A stretch of DNA of 56,356 nucleotides from Limisphaerales bacterium (GCA_022616725.1 JAKEEH010000463.1:1-56356); one strand, 5' to 3'; positions 39,833-49,808 are shown, counted from the stretch's first letter. Made by a program: numbers and translations. The notes: generated by a model not told the origin, from the letters alone.

Positions 39833-40863
39833 CAAAGAAAGTCAATCGCCGCCAGGCAATCCGCGCAGGCGCGCTGGCGGGAGCCGGAGCCGGGCTTGCG
39901 CTGGCCGGTTGCGAAAAGGCGCCTCAGCAGACAGGTGAATCGCGACAGCCGGGCGAGAGATCCTCCTTTGCAAACGAGGAGTATGTTTGGGTCTCGGCCA
40001 ACTCCAATCTCCCGCTTTTCACTGCGCATGATCATCCGGCGTTGCGGTTGGCCGGTGAAGAACTGGGCGTCAAAGTCCAGATTGCCGGACCCAACAGCAT
40101 CGACATCCCGGGGCTCGTGGCTGCGATCGAACAAACTGCCGCCCGCAAGCCAGCGGGAATGATGGTTGTCGGCTGGGATCCGTCGGCGTTGGTGCCCCCC
40201 ATCAATCACGCCGTCGAAAACGGCGTGCCGGTCGTTTGCGTCGATGCGGACGTGCCCGCCAGCAAGCGGTTGGCGTTTATCGGGACGGATTGGTACGATC
40301 TGGGCATTCGCCAGGCAGAAGCGATGGTGAAAGGCCTTGCCGGCAAACGGGGCAAGATCGCCCTCCTCGGCCTTATCGAACAGACCATCGATCAACAAGC
40401 TTTCGCCGGTTTCCGGTCTGTCGCGGAGAAGGCAGGCCTCACCGTTCTGGAACCGCAACAGGACAAAGGCAACCAGGCGGAGGCGGCCCGCGTCGCAGCA
40501 GCCATTCTCCAGGCGCATCCAGATCTCGCTGGTATGGCCGGCTTTGACTCCGAGAGCGGCCCAGGCATGGGCCAGGCGATCAGGGAAGCCGGCAAAGCCG
40601 GAAAGATCATTGCGACGTGCGTCGATGCCGAAGAACAACACCTGCGCCTGGTCAGAGATGGTGTGTTGACCGCGGCCGTCGGTCAAAAGCGGGAGCTCTT
40701 TACCTACGTCGGAGTCAAAGCACTCTTCGAAGCACTCCATTCGAAGGTGCGTTTCACATCCGACGATAAAGCGGCCGGTGTGATTCCCATCCCAGTGAAC
40801 TACAATACCGGCACTTACACAGTCACGCGCGAGAACATTGCCTTGTTTCTGAAATCCGCATGA
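39829..40863 (+). CDS. Sugar ABC substrate-binding protein 1 (Tat lipoprotein)
   Basis: VNRRQAI twin-Arg and LAGC lipobox; GVPVVCVDAD, AFIGTD. Confidence 0.9.
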   Translation: MTKKVNRRQAIRAGALAGAGAGLALAGCEKAPQQTGESRQPGERSSFANEEYVWVSANSNLPLFTAHDHPALRLAGEELGVKVQIAGPNSIDIPGLVAAIEQTAARKPAGMMVVGWDPSALVPPINHAVENGVPVVCVDADVPASKRLAFIGTDWYDLGIRQAEAMVKGLAGKRGKIALLGLIEQTIDQQAFAGFRSVAEKAGLTVLEPQQDKGNQAEAARVAAAILQAHPDLAGMAGFDSESGPGMGQAIREAGKAGKIIATCVDAEEQHLRLVRDGVLTAAVGQKRELFTYVGVKALFEALHSKVRFTSDDKAAGVIPIPVNYNTGTYTVTRENIALFLKSA

Positions 40864-41867
40864 GCGGATCTATGCGGCGTCGCGATGCACTCAAAGCGAC
40901 AGCGGCAGTTGCCGCCGTCGGCATTTTCCCCGGCTGTGAACAAAAGCCTTTCCCGCGAACCGCAACTGTTGCCCGCGGTTCCGGCGACGAAGAATACGTT
41001 TGGCTTTCAGCCAACGCGAATCTTCCACTTTTCACCGCCGCCGATCATCCCGCGCTCAAGCAAGCCGGCGATGAACTTGGCGTCCGCGTGAGCATCGCGG
41101 GACCAAACAGCATCGATATTCCGAGCCTTGTCACGGCCGTCGAACAGACTGCCGCCCGCCGGCCCGCGGGGATGATGGTTGTCGGGTGGGACCCGTCCGC
41201 GCTCGTGCCGCCTGTCAACGCTGCGATCGATGCCGGGATTCCGGTCGTGTGTGTCGATGCCGACGTGCCCGCCAGCAAACGCCTCGCCTTTATCGGCACG
41301 AAGTGGTTTGACATCGGCGTGCAGCAGGCCCAGGCGATGCTCAAGGCCCTGGGCAATCGCCGTGGCAAGGTAGCGTTGCTGGGGCTGATCGAGCAAACCA
41401 TCGATCAACAGGCATTTGAAGGCTTCCGCTCGGTTGCGGCGCCTGCCGGCTTGCACGTGATGGAGCCTCAACAGGATAAAGGCAATCAGGCCGAAGCCAC
41501 CCGCGTCGCCGCAGCCATCATTCAGGGAACACCGGACCTTGTCGGCATGGCCGGGTTCGATTCCGAAAGCGGCCCCGGCATAGGGCAGGCCGTCAAGGAA
41601 GCCGGCAAGGGTGGGAAGATTGTCGGCACGACTGTCCAGGCCGAAGGCCAGGTGCTGCGTTTCATCAAGGAAGGCCTGATGACCGCGGCCGTGATGCAAA
41701 AGCGGAAACTCTTTACCTATCAGGGCGTCAGGGCTCTGTTCGATGTTGTCCATTCGCCAGTCCGTTTTACCGCTGATGATCGCCGTGCCGGAATCTCTCC
41801 CATCCCCGTGAACTACAGCACGGGGACATTCGTTATCACGCGAGAGAACATCGACTTGTTCCTTTGA
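40860..41867 (+). CDS. Sugar ABC substrate-binding protein 2 (tandem paralog, Tat lipoprotein)
   Basis: MRRRDALK...FPGC; long blocks identical to SBP1. Confidence 0.9.
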   Translation: MSGSMRRRDALKATAAVAAVGIFPGCEQKPFPRTATVARGSGDEEYVWLSANANLPLFTAADHPALKQAGDELGVRVSIAGPNSIDIPSLVTAVEQTAARRPAGMMVVGWDPSALVPPVNAAIDAGIPVVCVDADVPASKRLAFIGTKWFDIGVQQAQAMLKALGNRRGKVALLGLIEQTIDQQAFEGFRSVAAPAGLHVMEPQQDKGNQAEATRVAAAIIQGTPDLVGMAGFDSESGPGIGQAVKEAGKGGKIVGTTVQAEGQVLRFIKEGLMTAAVMQKRKLFTYQGVRALFDVVHSPVRFTADDRRAGISPIPVNYSTGTFVITRENIDLFL

Positions 41868-42901
41868 TGAAACCACTGCGCTTTGCCATTCTTGGCGCGG
41901 GCTTTTGGGCCAACTACCAACTCCCGGCGTGGCAGCAGATTCCCGGCGCTGAGTGCGTCGCCATCTACAACCGCACGCTGGCGAAAGCGGAGAAACTGGC
42001 GGAACGATTTGGCGTCGCGGCGGTTTACGATGATGCCGACAAGCTTCTGGAGACAGAAGACCTGGACTTTATCGACGTCATTACGAACGTTGAGACCCAC
42101 AGCCGGTTCGTTCACCTCGCGGCAAAGCATAAGACGCCGGTCATCTGCCAGAAACCGATGGCGCTGACCCTCGGCGAAGCCGAAAACATGGTCACGGCGT
42201 GCCGTCGCGCGCGTGTGCCCTTTTACATTCATGAAAACTGGCGCTGGCAAACACCAATTCGTCTATTGAAACGTTTTCTGGACGAAGGGAAAATCGGCAA
42301 GCCGTTCCGCGCGCGGATGGACCTGATTTCAGGATTCCCGGTCTTCAAAAACCAACCTTTCCTGCGCGAGCTTGAGCAATTCATCATCACAGACTTAGGC
42401 AGTCATATACTTGACGTCGCTCGCTTCCTCTTCGGCGAAGCCGAGACGGTTTATTGCCAGACTCAGCGCGTCCACAAGAACATCAAGGGCGAGGATGTCG
42501 CTACCATCATGCAGCGCACGCGCGCCGGAGCGACCGTCCTTTGCCAGATGGCTTACGCGGAGAATTTTCTGGAACGGGATCGCTTTCCGGAGACCTGCAT
42601 TTTCATTGAAGGGCAGAAAGGCTCGATCGAATTGGCTCCCGACTATTGGATTCGCGTGACAACAGAGTCAGGCACGCACGCGAAGCGCTATCCCCCGGCA
42701 CGCTACTTATGGGCCGATCCAGCTTACGATGTTGTTCACGCCAGCATTGTGCCGTGCAACGCAAACATCCTGGGGGCGCTCCAAGGCGGGCATAAAGCAG
42801 AAACGACGGCGGACGATAACCTCAAGACCGTCCGCCTTGTCTTTGCCTGTTATGAGTCGGCGCGGTCGGGGAAGGAGATTCGACCGCAGATCAAAAGTTG
42901 A
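41867..42901 (+). CDS. Gfo/Idh/MocA family oxidoreductase
   Basis: ILGAGFWA, ICQKPMA, HENWRWQ, DLGSHILD. Confidence 0.92.
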   Translation: MKPLRFAILGAGFWANYQLPAWQQIPGAECVAIYNRTLAKAEKLAERFGVAAVYDDADKLLETEDLDFIDVITNVETHSRFVHLAAKHKTPVICQKPMALTLGEAENMVTACRRARVPFYIHENWRWQTPIRLLKRFLDEGKIGKPFRARMDLISGFPVFKNQPFLRELEQFIITDLGSHILDVARFLFGEAETVYCQTQRVHKNIKGEDVATIMQRTRAGATVLCQMAYAENFLERDRFPETCIFIEGQKGSIELAPDYWIRVTTESGTHAKRYPPARYLWADPAYDVVHASIVPCNANILGALQGGHKAETTADDNLKTVRLVFACYESARSGKEIRPQIKS

Positions 42902-44405
42902 GGCTCAATTGGACGTAAACCCAGTCCGCGTCGGTCGAACCACGCGTGGGGTTCGACAGCGAGTCCTCGACGTAATCGCCCACAAAAAAGTGCCCGTAGC
43001 CAGCTTCGAGTTGCGCGAATCGCGTCACAGCATAGCCCGCCACTACATCGACTTCACTGCCGACATAGCTGTCATAAGTAGAATTCACGCCGTAGCCGTT
43101 GCCATTGCCGACGTTCGTGTTGACGCCACCCCGGGCCACACCGCCGGCGTTGTAGAGGCTGTCTGAAGTATCCGCGAGCCAGAAGGAATGGCCCTCCACC
43201 GCGACGCTCAGCCGCGGATGCGGCTTTAGTTGAAAAATGCCACGCACATCATGGATGTTTTGCAGCGAGAACAAATCCATGTAGCCGTAGAACTTGTGGT
43301 TGGTCGGAAAGAGGTTTTCGAACGTGCTGTGTTTGTCGTCGGTGGGATCACTGTCGCCCGAGCCGTGCGCGTATTCGACACCCAGCCGTGGCGTGGCCCA
43401 TGCATCTTTGAAAGTATAACCGCCCTGCAGCACCACTGCATACGCCTCGTGGTCAAGCCGTGCTGCTGGCGCACCTGCGCGCGGATCGCGAAAGTTCCCA
43501 AGCTGCCCGATCAAGTCGATCGTGTAGTCCCAATTCCCAATCTGTCCCGGATTGGACTTCAACCGCGCTCCAAATGTGTAAATATCCCGCGCGCTCGGTT
43601 GCGGGAATTGCGGATGCGGCTCGGCGATTGCCGCTTCGGGGCTGGCATTGCGGGAGAGAAAATAGATATCAAGACTGTGTTTAGGGATCTTTGGGCTCGT
43701 CGCGTAAACACCCGAGAACCAATCGTAGTCATTGGCGACATTGAATCGGCCGTCCTCGGGAATGACCACGCGACTGGTGAAGAAGTCGGCGCCAAACCAT
43801 TCATTTTGCCAGCGCAACTTCGCAGCGTCGAACACGCGCCCGATGTTGTTCCAGGCGAATGCCCCGACCAGCCGTTCTTCGCCGTAGGACAGTTCCTGCC
43901 GGCCCACCTTCAGCGACAGTGGAAATTCCTTGTGGTTGCCGACGGTGAAGTACGCCTGATGCAGATCGATGCTGTCCTGTTCCGGTCCTTCCCCTTTCTT
44001 CGGCACGGGTCCGGTCGAGGCAAAGCGCTCGTCCCCTTGCGCGAGGCTGCTGCGGCCTTCGACCAGCGCGCTGAACCATTTGTCGGTGTAACCAGCGCGG
44101 ACGCGGAGACGCTCGAGCAGATAAGCGTTGTCCACGTCCGCGCCGTCCTTGCGGAAATCCAGCGAGGTTGTCGGGCCTGCGCCGGAGCCGGCGATTCCGA
44201 AATTATCCCGCAGCTCGTAACGCACGCGGGCGGATCCGCCGAAATCCCATTTCTGCATGTAAGGATCGTCTTTGCGCAGCCATTCATTGATGAACCCTTG
44301 GAACGGCGCCGGTGGTGGCGGCGGAGCGTATTGGCCATAAAGTTGGGTTGCGGCTGCGAGTACGATGGCGCTCGCGGATAGAGTGCTTTTGGAGTTGCTT
44401 GGCAT
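42891..44405 (-). CDS. Alginate-export (AlgE)-family outer-membrane porin
   Basis: Signal peptide, DLHQAY, KVGRQELSYGEERLVG, SGD, FENLFPTNHKFYG, C-terminal F. Last gene of the nrt operon. Confidence 0.85.
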   Translation of the reverse strand: MPSNSKSTLSASAIVLAAATQLYGQYAPPPPPAPFQGFINEWLRKDDPYMQKWDFGGSARVRYELRDNFGIAGSGAGPTTSLDFRKDGADVDNAYLLERLRVRAGYTDKWFSALVEGRSSLAQGDERFASTGPVPKKGEGPEQDSIDLHQAYFTVGNHKEFPLSLKVGRQELSYGEERLVGAFAWNNIGRVFDAAKLRWQNEWFGADFFTSRVVIPEDGRFNVANDYDWFSGVYATSPKIPKHSLDIYFLSRNASPEAAIAEPHPQFPQPSARDIYTFGARLKSNPGQIGNWDYTIDLIGQLGNFRDPRAGAPAARLDHEAYAVVLQGGYTFKDAWATPRLGVEYAHGSGDSDPTDDKHSTFENLFPTNHKFYGYMDLFSLQNIHDVRGIFQLKPHPRLSVAVEGHSFWLADTSDSLYNAGGVARGGVNTNVGNGNGYGVNSTYDSYVGSEVDVVAGYAVTRFAQLEAGYGHFFVGDYVEDSLSNPTRGSTDADWVYVQLSLNF

Positions 44406-44433
44406 TGGATGGAATTTTGTTGACAAAACAGAG

Positions 44434-45309
44434 TCACGCAGGGTTCAAAAGAAGTTCTGCTTTGGGACTGGGGCGCGGCGATCCATTCCCGGGATGGCCA
44501 GGCGGACCGCCTGCCTCGCCCCGTGAAAGCCCTCGATGCGCATGAACTTCAAGGAATTCAATCAGGCGCTCTCGCAAGGGATAGTAATCCGGGTGTTCCA
44601 TGACCGCCTTGCGGTCGCGCGGGCGTGGAAAATGGACGGAGACAATCTCGCCGACTTCAGCTTCAGGACCATTCGTCATGCAAACCACGCGATCGCTGAG
44701 ATAGAGCGCTTCGTCCACGTCGTGCGTGACCATAAGAGCGGTCATCTGGTTTTTTCGCCACAACTCCAGCAGAACCGCCTGGAGCTCATACCGCGTAAGC
44801 GAGTCGAGCATGCCGAAAGGTTCGTCGAGCAAAAGCATTTTCGGCTTCAAGGCGAAAGCCCGGGCGATTCCCACTCGTTGGCGCATTCCCTGACTCAATT
44901 CGCCCGGCTTCTTGTGCATTGCATCGCCGAGGCCAACCACAGTCAGATAATATTCCGCGATGTCCCTGCGCTCCTCAGGGTCAGCCGTATAGAAAACCTG
45001 ATCCACTCCGAGCATGACGTTTTCATATGCGGTCAGCCATGGAAGCAGCGAAGGTGACTGAAAAACCATGCCTCGATCCGGTCCCGGACCGACGAGTTCC
45101 CGTCCCGCCAGTACAATTCCGCCGCCGCTGATCGGGTTCAGCCCGGCCAGCATCGAAAGCACGGTCGATTTGCCGCACCCAGAGTGCCCGATGAGCGTGA
45201 CAAATTCGCCCTTGGCAATCGTCAGGTTGAAGTCGCGGACGATGACCGCCGGGCCCTTCGGCGTGTCATAGATTTTTGTCAGGTTCGACAGCTCTACGTA
45301 GTGGCTCAT
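44434..45309 (-). CDS. nrtD: Nitrate-type ABC transporter ATPase (NrtD-like)
   Basis: [44 protein letters not shown]. Confidence 0.85.
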   Translation of the reverse strand: MSHYVELSNLTKIYDTPKGPAVIVRDFNLTIAKGEFVTLIGHSGCGKSTVLSMLAGLNPISGGGIVLAGRELVGPGPDRGMVFQSPSLLPWLTAYENVMLGVDQVFYTADPEERRDIAEYYLTVVGLGDAMHKKPGELSQGMRQRVGIARAFALKPKMLLLDEPFGMLDSLTRYELQAVLLELWRKNQMTALMVTHDVDEALYLSDRVVCMTNGPEAEVGEIVSVHFPRPRDRKAVMEHPDYYPLRERLIEFLEVHAHRGLSRGEAGGPPGHPGNGSPRPSPKAELLLNPA

Positions 45310-46229
45310 GGGTCAATCTGAATTTCTTCTCGTTGAACTTCACTGCGCCGAATCGGCCGGCGACGCGCGCCGATCTTTGGCCGGTGCACGCTCAGGTCTT
45401 CAGGCTCGATCTCCGGCAGCACGAGTTTTCTCGTGACGGAAGCCTGGCGGTGTTTTCGCGAGCGCAGAAGGAATTCGATCACCTCCCGCCGAATCTGTTT
45501 GAATTGCGGGTCGTGGTTTAAAGCGCGGCGATCCCGCGGCCGGGCAATGTCCACGCGAAACGACGGACCAAGAGTGGCATTTGGTCCCGCCGTCAATGGA
45601 ATGACACGGTCCGCCAGCAGGATCGCCTCGTCCGGATCATTTGTGATTAGGACGACAGTCTGTTTGTGCGTCGCGCTGAGGCGGGCGATCTCGTCCTGCA
45701 GGTTCGCGCGCGTCAGTGCGTCCAGCGCGCTCAGCGGTTCGTCGCACAAAAGGATCTTGGGGTGCATCGCCAGTGTCCGGGCGACGCTTACGCGTTGTCG
45801 CATACCGCCAGAAAGTTCGCTTGGCTTTTTATCATGAGCTGCGGTCAGATTCACCATTTCAACGAACTCCTCGGTGTGTGCTACCCGTTCTGCCTCAGAC
45901 TTTGCTGGAAAGACCTCGTCGACAGCCAGCTTTACGTTCTCGAATACGTTCAACCACGGGAGCAGCGAATAGTTCTGAAACACGAGCCCGCGATCCGGGC
46001 CTGGGCTGCGCACAGGCTGGCCTTCTAACTTCACTTCGCCGGCGTCTGGCTGCAGTAGTCCGGCCAGAATCGACATTAGTGTCGTCTTGCCGGCGCCGCT
46101 GTAGCCCACGATGGCTACGAACTCGCCCTCTTCAATCGAAAGGTTGATGTCTCGCAAAACCTCCGTCCGCGAACCATTCGCGCCGTAAGCTTTGGAAACG
46201 CTTTGAACTTCGAGAAACGCAGGTCTCAT
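45306..46229 (-). CDS. nrtC: Nitrate-type ABC transporter ATPase (NrtC-like, no C-terminal binding domain)
   Basis: [34 protein letters not shown]-loop reads ITND instead of THD. Confidence 0.8.
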   Translation of the reverse strand: MRPAFLEVQSVSKAYGANGSRTEVLRDINLSIEEGEFVAIVGYSGAGKTTLMSILAGLLQPDAGEVKLEGQPVRSPGPDRGLVFQNYSLLPWLNVFENVKLAVDEVFPAKSEAERVAHTEEFVEMVNLTAAHDKKPSELSGGMRQRVSVARTLAMHPKILLCDEPLSALDALTRANLQDEIARLSATHKQTVVLITNDPDEAILLADRVIPLTAGPNATLGPSFRVDIARPRDRRALNHDPQFKQIRREVIEFLLRSRKHRQASVTRKLVLPEIEPEDLSVHRPKIGARRRPIRRSEVQREEIQIDP

Positions 46230-47020
46230 GCTGTTTTGAACCTGCGTTCGATGACACTCATGAGCCGATCCAGCACAAAACCGACGATGCCAATGGTGAT
46301 AATGCACAGGATGATATGCTCATAAACCAAGGCATTGTATTCCTGCCACAGAAATCCCCCAACGCCAGGGCGTCCTGTTAACATTTCCGCGGCCACGATC
46401 ACCAGCCAGGCGATGCCCAGGCTGAGGCGGAATCCGGTGAACATATAAGGCAGCGTCGCCGGGATCAGCACCTTAAACAGTGTTTTCGTCCGCGAGAGCT
46501 TCAGGACACGTGCGACGTTCAGATAATCCTGCGGCACGGCCCGCACGCCCACCGCAGTGTTGAGCACGGTTGGCCACATCGCGCAGACCGCAATGGTAAA
46601 GAGCGCGCCCAGTTCCGATGCCTGCTTGCCCGCGCCGAGAAACAGGACTAGGCCGAGCGGCAACCAAGCCAGGGGCGAAACCGGGCGCAAAATCTGGATA
46701 ATCGGGTCAAAGGTCTTGGCGAACGTTTTGGAGAGTCCGAGGCAAAACCCAAGCGGCGTTCCAATGAGCAACGCCAGCGCGTAGCCCTTTGCCACAAGTA
46801 CCAGGGAGTACCATGTGAAGCGCAGTATCCCCTGATCCATTTCGCCGCGCTTGGCAAACGGCTCGACCACGTAGGCCTTGCTCGCCGCCCAGGTCTTGCC
46901 CGGATTCGGAAGTTCCTTGGATACTGACGCGCTCACCACCTGCCAGAGAATCAGCACAGCGCCCACCCCGAGGATGGGGAGAATCAGCCAGTCAAGTTTC
47001 TTGAATTTTGAGTCTTTCAT
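46226..47020 (-). CDS. nrtB: Nitrate-type ABC transporter permease
   Basis: DPIIQILRPVSPLAWLP, WPTVLNTAVGV, WLVIVAAEML. Confidence 0.9.
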   Translation of the reverse strand: MKDSKFKKLDWLILPILGVGAVLILWQVVSASVSKELPNPGKTWAASKAYVVEPFAKRGEMDQGILRFTWYSLVLVAKGYALALLIGTPLGFCLGLSKTFAKTFDPIIQILRPVSPLAWLPLGLVLFLGAGKQASELGALFTIAVCAMWPTVLNTAVGVRAVPQDYLNVARVLKLSRTKTLFKVLIPATLPYMFTGFRLSLGIAWLVIVAAEMLTGRPGVGGFLWQEYNALVYEHIILCIITIGIVGFVLDRLMSVIERRFKTA

Positions 47021-47271
47021 CGTTGTTGTTCCAGAGTCCGCTGCACCCATGTCTCCGCCGCGGAAACCAGCACCAGCGTGAAACCGATGACCGGCGAGAC
47101 AATGGATTTCAAAATGATCGTGCTGTCCACGGAGCGATAAATCCAATGATCGCCCTGGTTGAGAGTCGCTTGCAGCAGCCCGACGCTCAGTCCGAGCTTC
47201 GCCGCCCGCGCCCATACCGACCGCTGACGAAACGCCTGCCGCCAGAGCGCACGCCGAGTGTTCGATCTCAT
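47017..47271 (-). CDS. nrtS: NrtS-like small membrane protein
   Basis: 84 aa, two TMs, AAKLGLSVGLLQATLNQGD...LKSIVSP resembling the NrtS VVG..LNQGD pattern; ATGA-type overlap with nrtB. Confidence 0.6.
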   Translation of the reverse strand: MRSNTRRALWRQAFRQRSVWARAAKLGLSVGLLQATLNQGDHWIYRSVDSTIILKSIVSPVIGFTLVLVSAAETWVQRTLEQQR

Positions 47272-47301
47272 AGCCGTGGTTAGGAACTGCTGGCGCTTCG
47301 G

Positions 47302-48597
47302 TTAGCCTTTGACATTGTGAACCGGGAAACTCTTTGCATACGCCTCCAGGTCTCCTTTCGGGTCGAATTTCACGCCGTCAAGCATCGTCCATGCGCTGTC
47401 GTCCTGGCCGCCATGCGCATAACCGATCTCCTTCATCGCCTCCTCATAGAGGTCCGTGCGCATCACCTGCTTCACGATGCCCTCGTAATCCGGCGCGCCT
47501 GTGACCATTCCCCAGCGCCGGAATTGCGTCAGCCACCATTTCGCGTAGGCCGGCTGCGGGTAATTGCAGTTTCGTTTGCTGAAATGCATCGGGAAGTCGT
47601 CTGTGGTTGACCGGCCATCTCCATAATCGAGTCTCCCCAGTAACCGGCCGAGAATGATGTCTTTATCGCAATTGATGTAGGTTGGCCTGCTGACAATCGC
47701 GCACTGCTCCGGACGATTGTTCATGTCATCGAGCCACACGCTGGCTTCGTGCAGCGCCTTGAGCACGGCTTTGACCGTTTTTGGATTTTTATCCGCAAAC
47801 TCAGCCGTGAACGCGCACGCCTTTTCCACGTGGTCCTTCCACATGTCCTGCGTCGTCACAGATGTGAACCCAATCTTGTCTGCGATTGCGCGCGCATTCC
47901 ATGGCTCGCCGACGCAGAAACCGTCCATTTTCCCGATTTTCATATTGGCCACCATCTGCGGTGGCGGGATCGTGATCAGCGCGACGTCCTTGTCGGGGTT
48001 GATGCCCCCGGCGGCCAAATAATACCGCATCCACATCGCGTGCGTGCCCGGCGGAAAGGTCATCGCAAATGTCAGCGGTTCGCCGAGCTTCTTCGCTTTG
48101 TCAACGAATGGCTGAAGCGCCTTCGGGTCTGCGCCCACCTTTCCCTTCCACTCCGCCTTGAGCGTAATGGCCTGGCCGTTGCGATTGAGCAGCCATGGGA
48201 TGACCATCGGTTTCTTTGGCGAACCCAGCAACCCCATGCTGCTGGCAATCGGCATGCCGAGCAGCATGTGGGTGCCCTGGTTGTCTCCGCTGGACAGCGA
48301 ATCGCGGATCGCTGCCCAATTTGCTCCCTTGGCGACCGTCGAATTGATGCCGTATTTTTTGAAAAATCCCTTCTCATGCGCGATGACAATGGGCGAACAA
48401 TCTGTCAACGCGATCATTCCAAAGCGCATGGTCGCCGTCTCGGGCGCGTCGCTGGCATACACGCTCCCGACCCATCCCCGCGGAACTGCGCCCACAAGGG
48501 CAGTGACGCCAAGTCCCTTCGCAGCGGAGCATAGAAAGCTCCGCCGCGTTACGTTATCCCGCGGCTTTAAGCCCGGATGATGTGAATTGGTCTTCAT
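47302..48597 (-). CDS. nrtA: NrtA/CmpA-family substrate-binding protein (Tat signal)
   Basis: VTRRSFL; GMIALTDCSP, NGQA, GTHAMW, PPPQMVANM, FCVGEPW, HVEK. Confidence 0.9.
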   Translation of the reverse strand: MKTNSHHPGLKPRDNVTRRSFLCSAAKGLGVTALVGAVPRGWVGSVYASDAPETATMRFGMIALTDCSPIVIAHEKGFFKKYGINSTVAKGANWAAIRDSLSSGDNQGTHMLLGMPIASSMGLLGSPKKPMVIPWLLNRNGQAITLKAEWKGKVGADPKALQPFVDKAKKLGEPLTFAMTFPPGTHAMWMRYYLAAGGINPDKDVALITIPPPQMVANMKIGKMDGFCVGEPWNARAIADKIGFTSVTTQDMWKDHVEKACAFTAEFADKNPKTVKAVLKALHEASVWLDDMNNRPEQCAIVSRPTYINCDKDIILGRLLGRLDYGDGRSTTDDFPMHFSKRNCNYPQPAYAKWWLTQFRRWGMVTGAPDYEGIVKQVMRTDLYEEAMKEIGYAHGGQDDSAWTMLDGVKFDPKGDLEAYAKSFPVHNVKG

Positions 48598-49690
48598 ATT
48601 GTTTGATTTCTGACTGGATTTGGTTGGCTTGACCGATCAGCAGGCGGTTCGCTTTGTGGAAAATGTCCGCGCGAAATACCCGGCTGATGGCGGGATTCTG
48701 CAACAAGAGCGGATCGGTGATCGCGCCCATCTCCGCGAGCCGGCCTGCGATCCACAGCGCCTTGTCCGCCGTCGGCTCGTTGGTGTTGAACCGTGAAAAC
48801 AGGACAAAATCGCCCAGTGGCTCCCGACGTTCGTCGCCGAATTCAAACGGTCCCACAAAGGCGGCGTTCAAACACGACGCCGGCGCGTTCACGTACCGCG
48901 AATCCGCCAGCGTGCGGCTCAGGTGCACCCGGTTGCTGCGCTGATCACAAAATGCGCACGCTTCCATCAAAGCCGCGATCAGCGCGCCGTGTTCCTCCGC
49001 CCTCTTCTCGGCGAAATCTCGCCGCACCATTAACACCTTTTCCGGATGCAGGGGCGCCAGCTCCGCGCTCGTGGCCACGCACCACCCAACGCGCGCTTCC
49101 ACTGCCAGCGAAGTCCAGGGCTCTCCGGCGCAGTAGCCGTCGAGATAACCCAGCGTCAGGCTCGGAAACATCTGGTCCGGTGGCACCATCACGATCCGCA
49201 CGTCGGTGTCCGGGTTCACACCGATCGACTTCAGCCATTGCCGAAGCAAGAAATGCTGCGACGAATACGGGAACACCGCCGCGAACGTATAGGGGCGCCT
49301 CCGGCGCGAGTTCAGAATCTGCTCGTGAAGCTTGTCACAACTGCGTTCCGCCTGTTCCCACACGGCCCGCGACAACGTGATTGCCGTTCCCTGCAAGCTT
49401 AACACCAGCCCTGTGACGCAATGGTCCTTCGGCCTCTCGCAACTCAGGTTCGCCGCGAAAGGCATCGCTGCCGGAGCGTGCGCCGCGTCCAGCGCTCCGT
49501 CCATCACCTTGCTTTGGACGGCGCTCCAACTGATCTCCCGCTTGAGTTCAACTTCGAGTCCGTAGCGCGCAAATAACCCCAACTCCCGGGCCATGATGAT
49601 CGGCGCGCAATCATTGACGGGCGCAAAGCCAATGCGCAAAGGAGCAGTCTTCTGCGAAACTGTGAATGCGCCTGATGGCCCCTTGCTCAT
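48554..49690 (-). CDS. NasS-like cytoplasmic NrtA-family nitrate sensor
   Basis: IGFAPVNDCAP, VFPYSSQHFLLRQWL, PPDQM, CAGEPW, HPEKVL; no signal peptide. Confidence 0.72.
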   Translation of the reverse strand: MSKGPSGAFTVSQKTAPLRIGFAPVNDCAPIIMARELGLFARYGLEVELKREISWSAVQSKVMDGALDAAHAPAAMPFAANLSCERPKDHCVTGLVLSLQGTAITLSRAVWEQAERSCDKLHEQILNSRRRRPYTFAAVFPYSSQHFLLRQWLKSIGVNPDTDVRIVMVPPDQMFPSLTLGYLDGYCAGEPWTSLAVEARVGWCVATSAELAPLHPEKVLMVRRDFAEKRAEEHGALIAALMEACAFCDQRSNRVHLSRTLADSRYVNAPASCLNAAFVGPFEFGDERREPLGDFVLFSRFNTNEPTADKALWIAGRLAEMGAITDPLLLQNPAISRVFRADIFHKANRLLIGQANQIQSEIKQYEDQFTSSGLKAAG

Positions 49691-49700
49691 CTTGGAAGTG

Positions 49701-49752
49701 CAGAGTTGTGAGTGCAAAGTGGAGAATTCAGCACTTTGCACTTTGCACTCTG
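49701..49752. repeat. Heptamer-built inverted repeat in the nrt operon leader
   Basis: GAGTGCAAAGTG (49710-49721) and CACTTTGCACTC (49739-49750) are perfect 12-bp arms. Confidence 0.75.
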
Positions 49753-49791
49753 AATTTGGAACAAAACTGCTTCGTCCATGGCGCGGCCTTT

Positions 49792-49808
49792 AGCCGCCGC
49801 AATGCCAA
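49792..49808 (-). promoter_or_regulatory. Possible sigma54 (-24/-12) promoter for the nrt operon
   Basis: Minus strand TTGGCATTGCGGCGGCT has GG-N10-GC with a good -24 and a weak -12. Confidence 0.35.
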
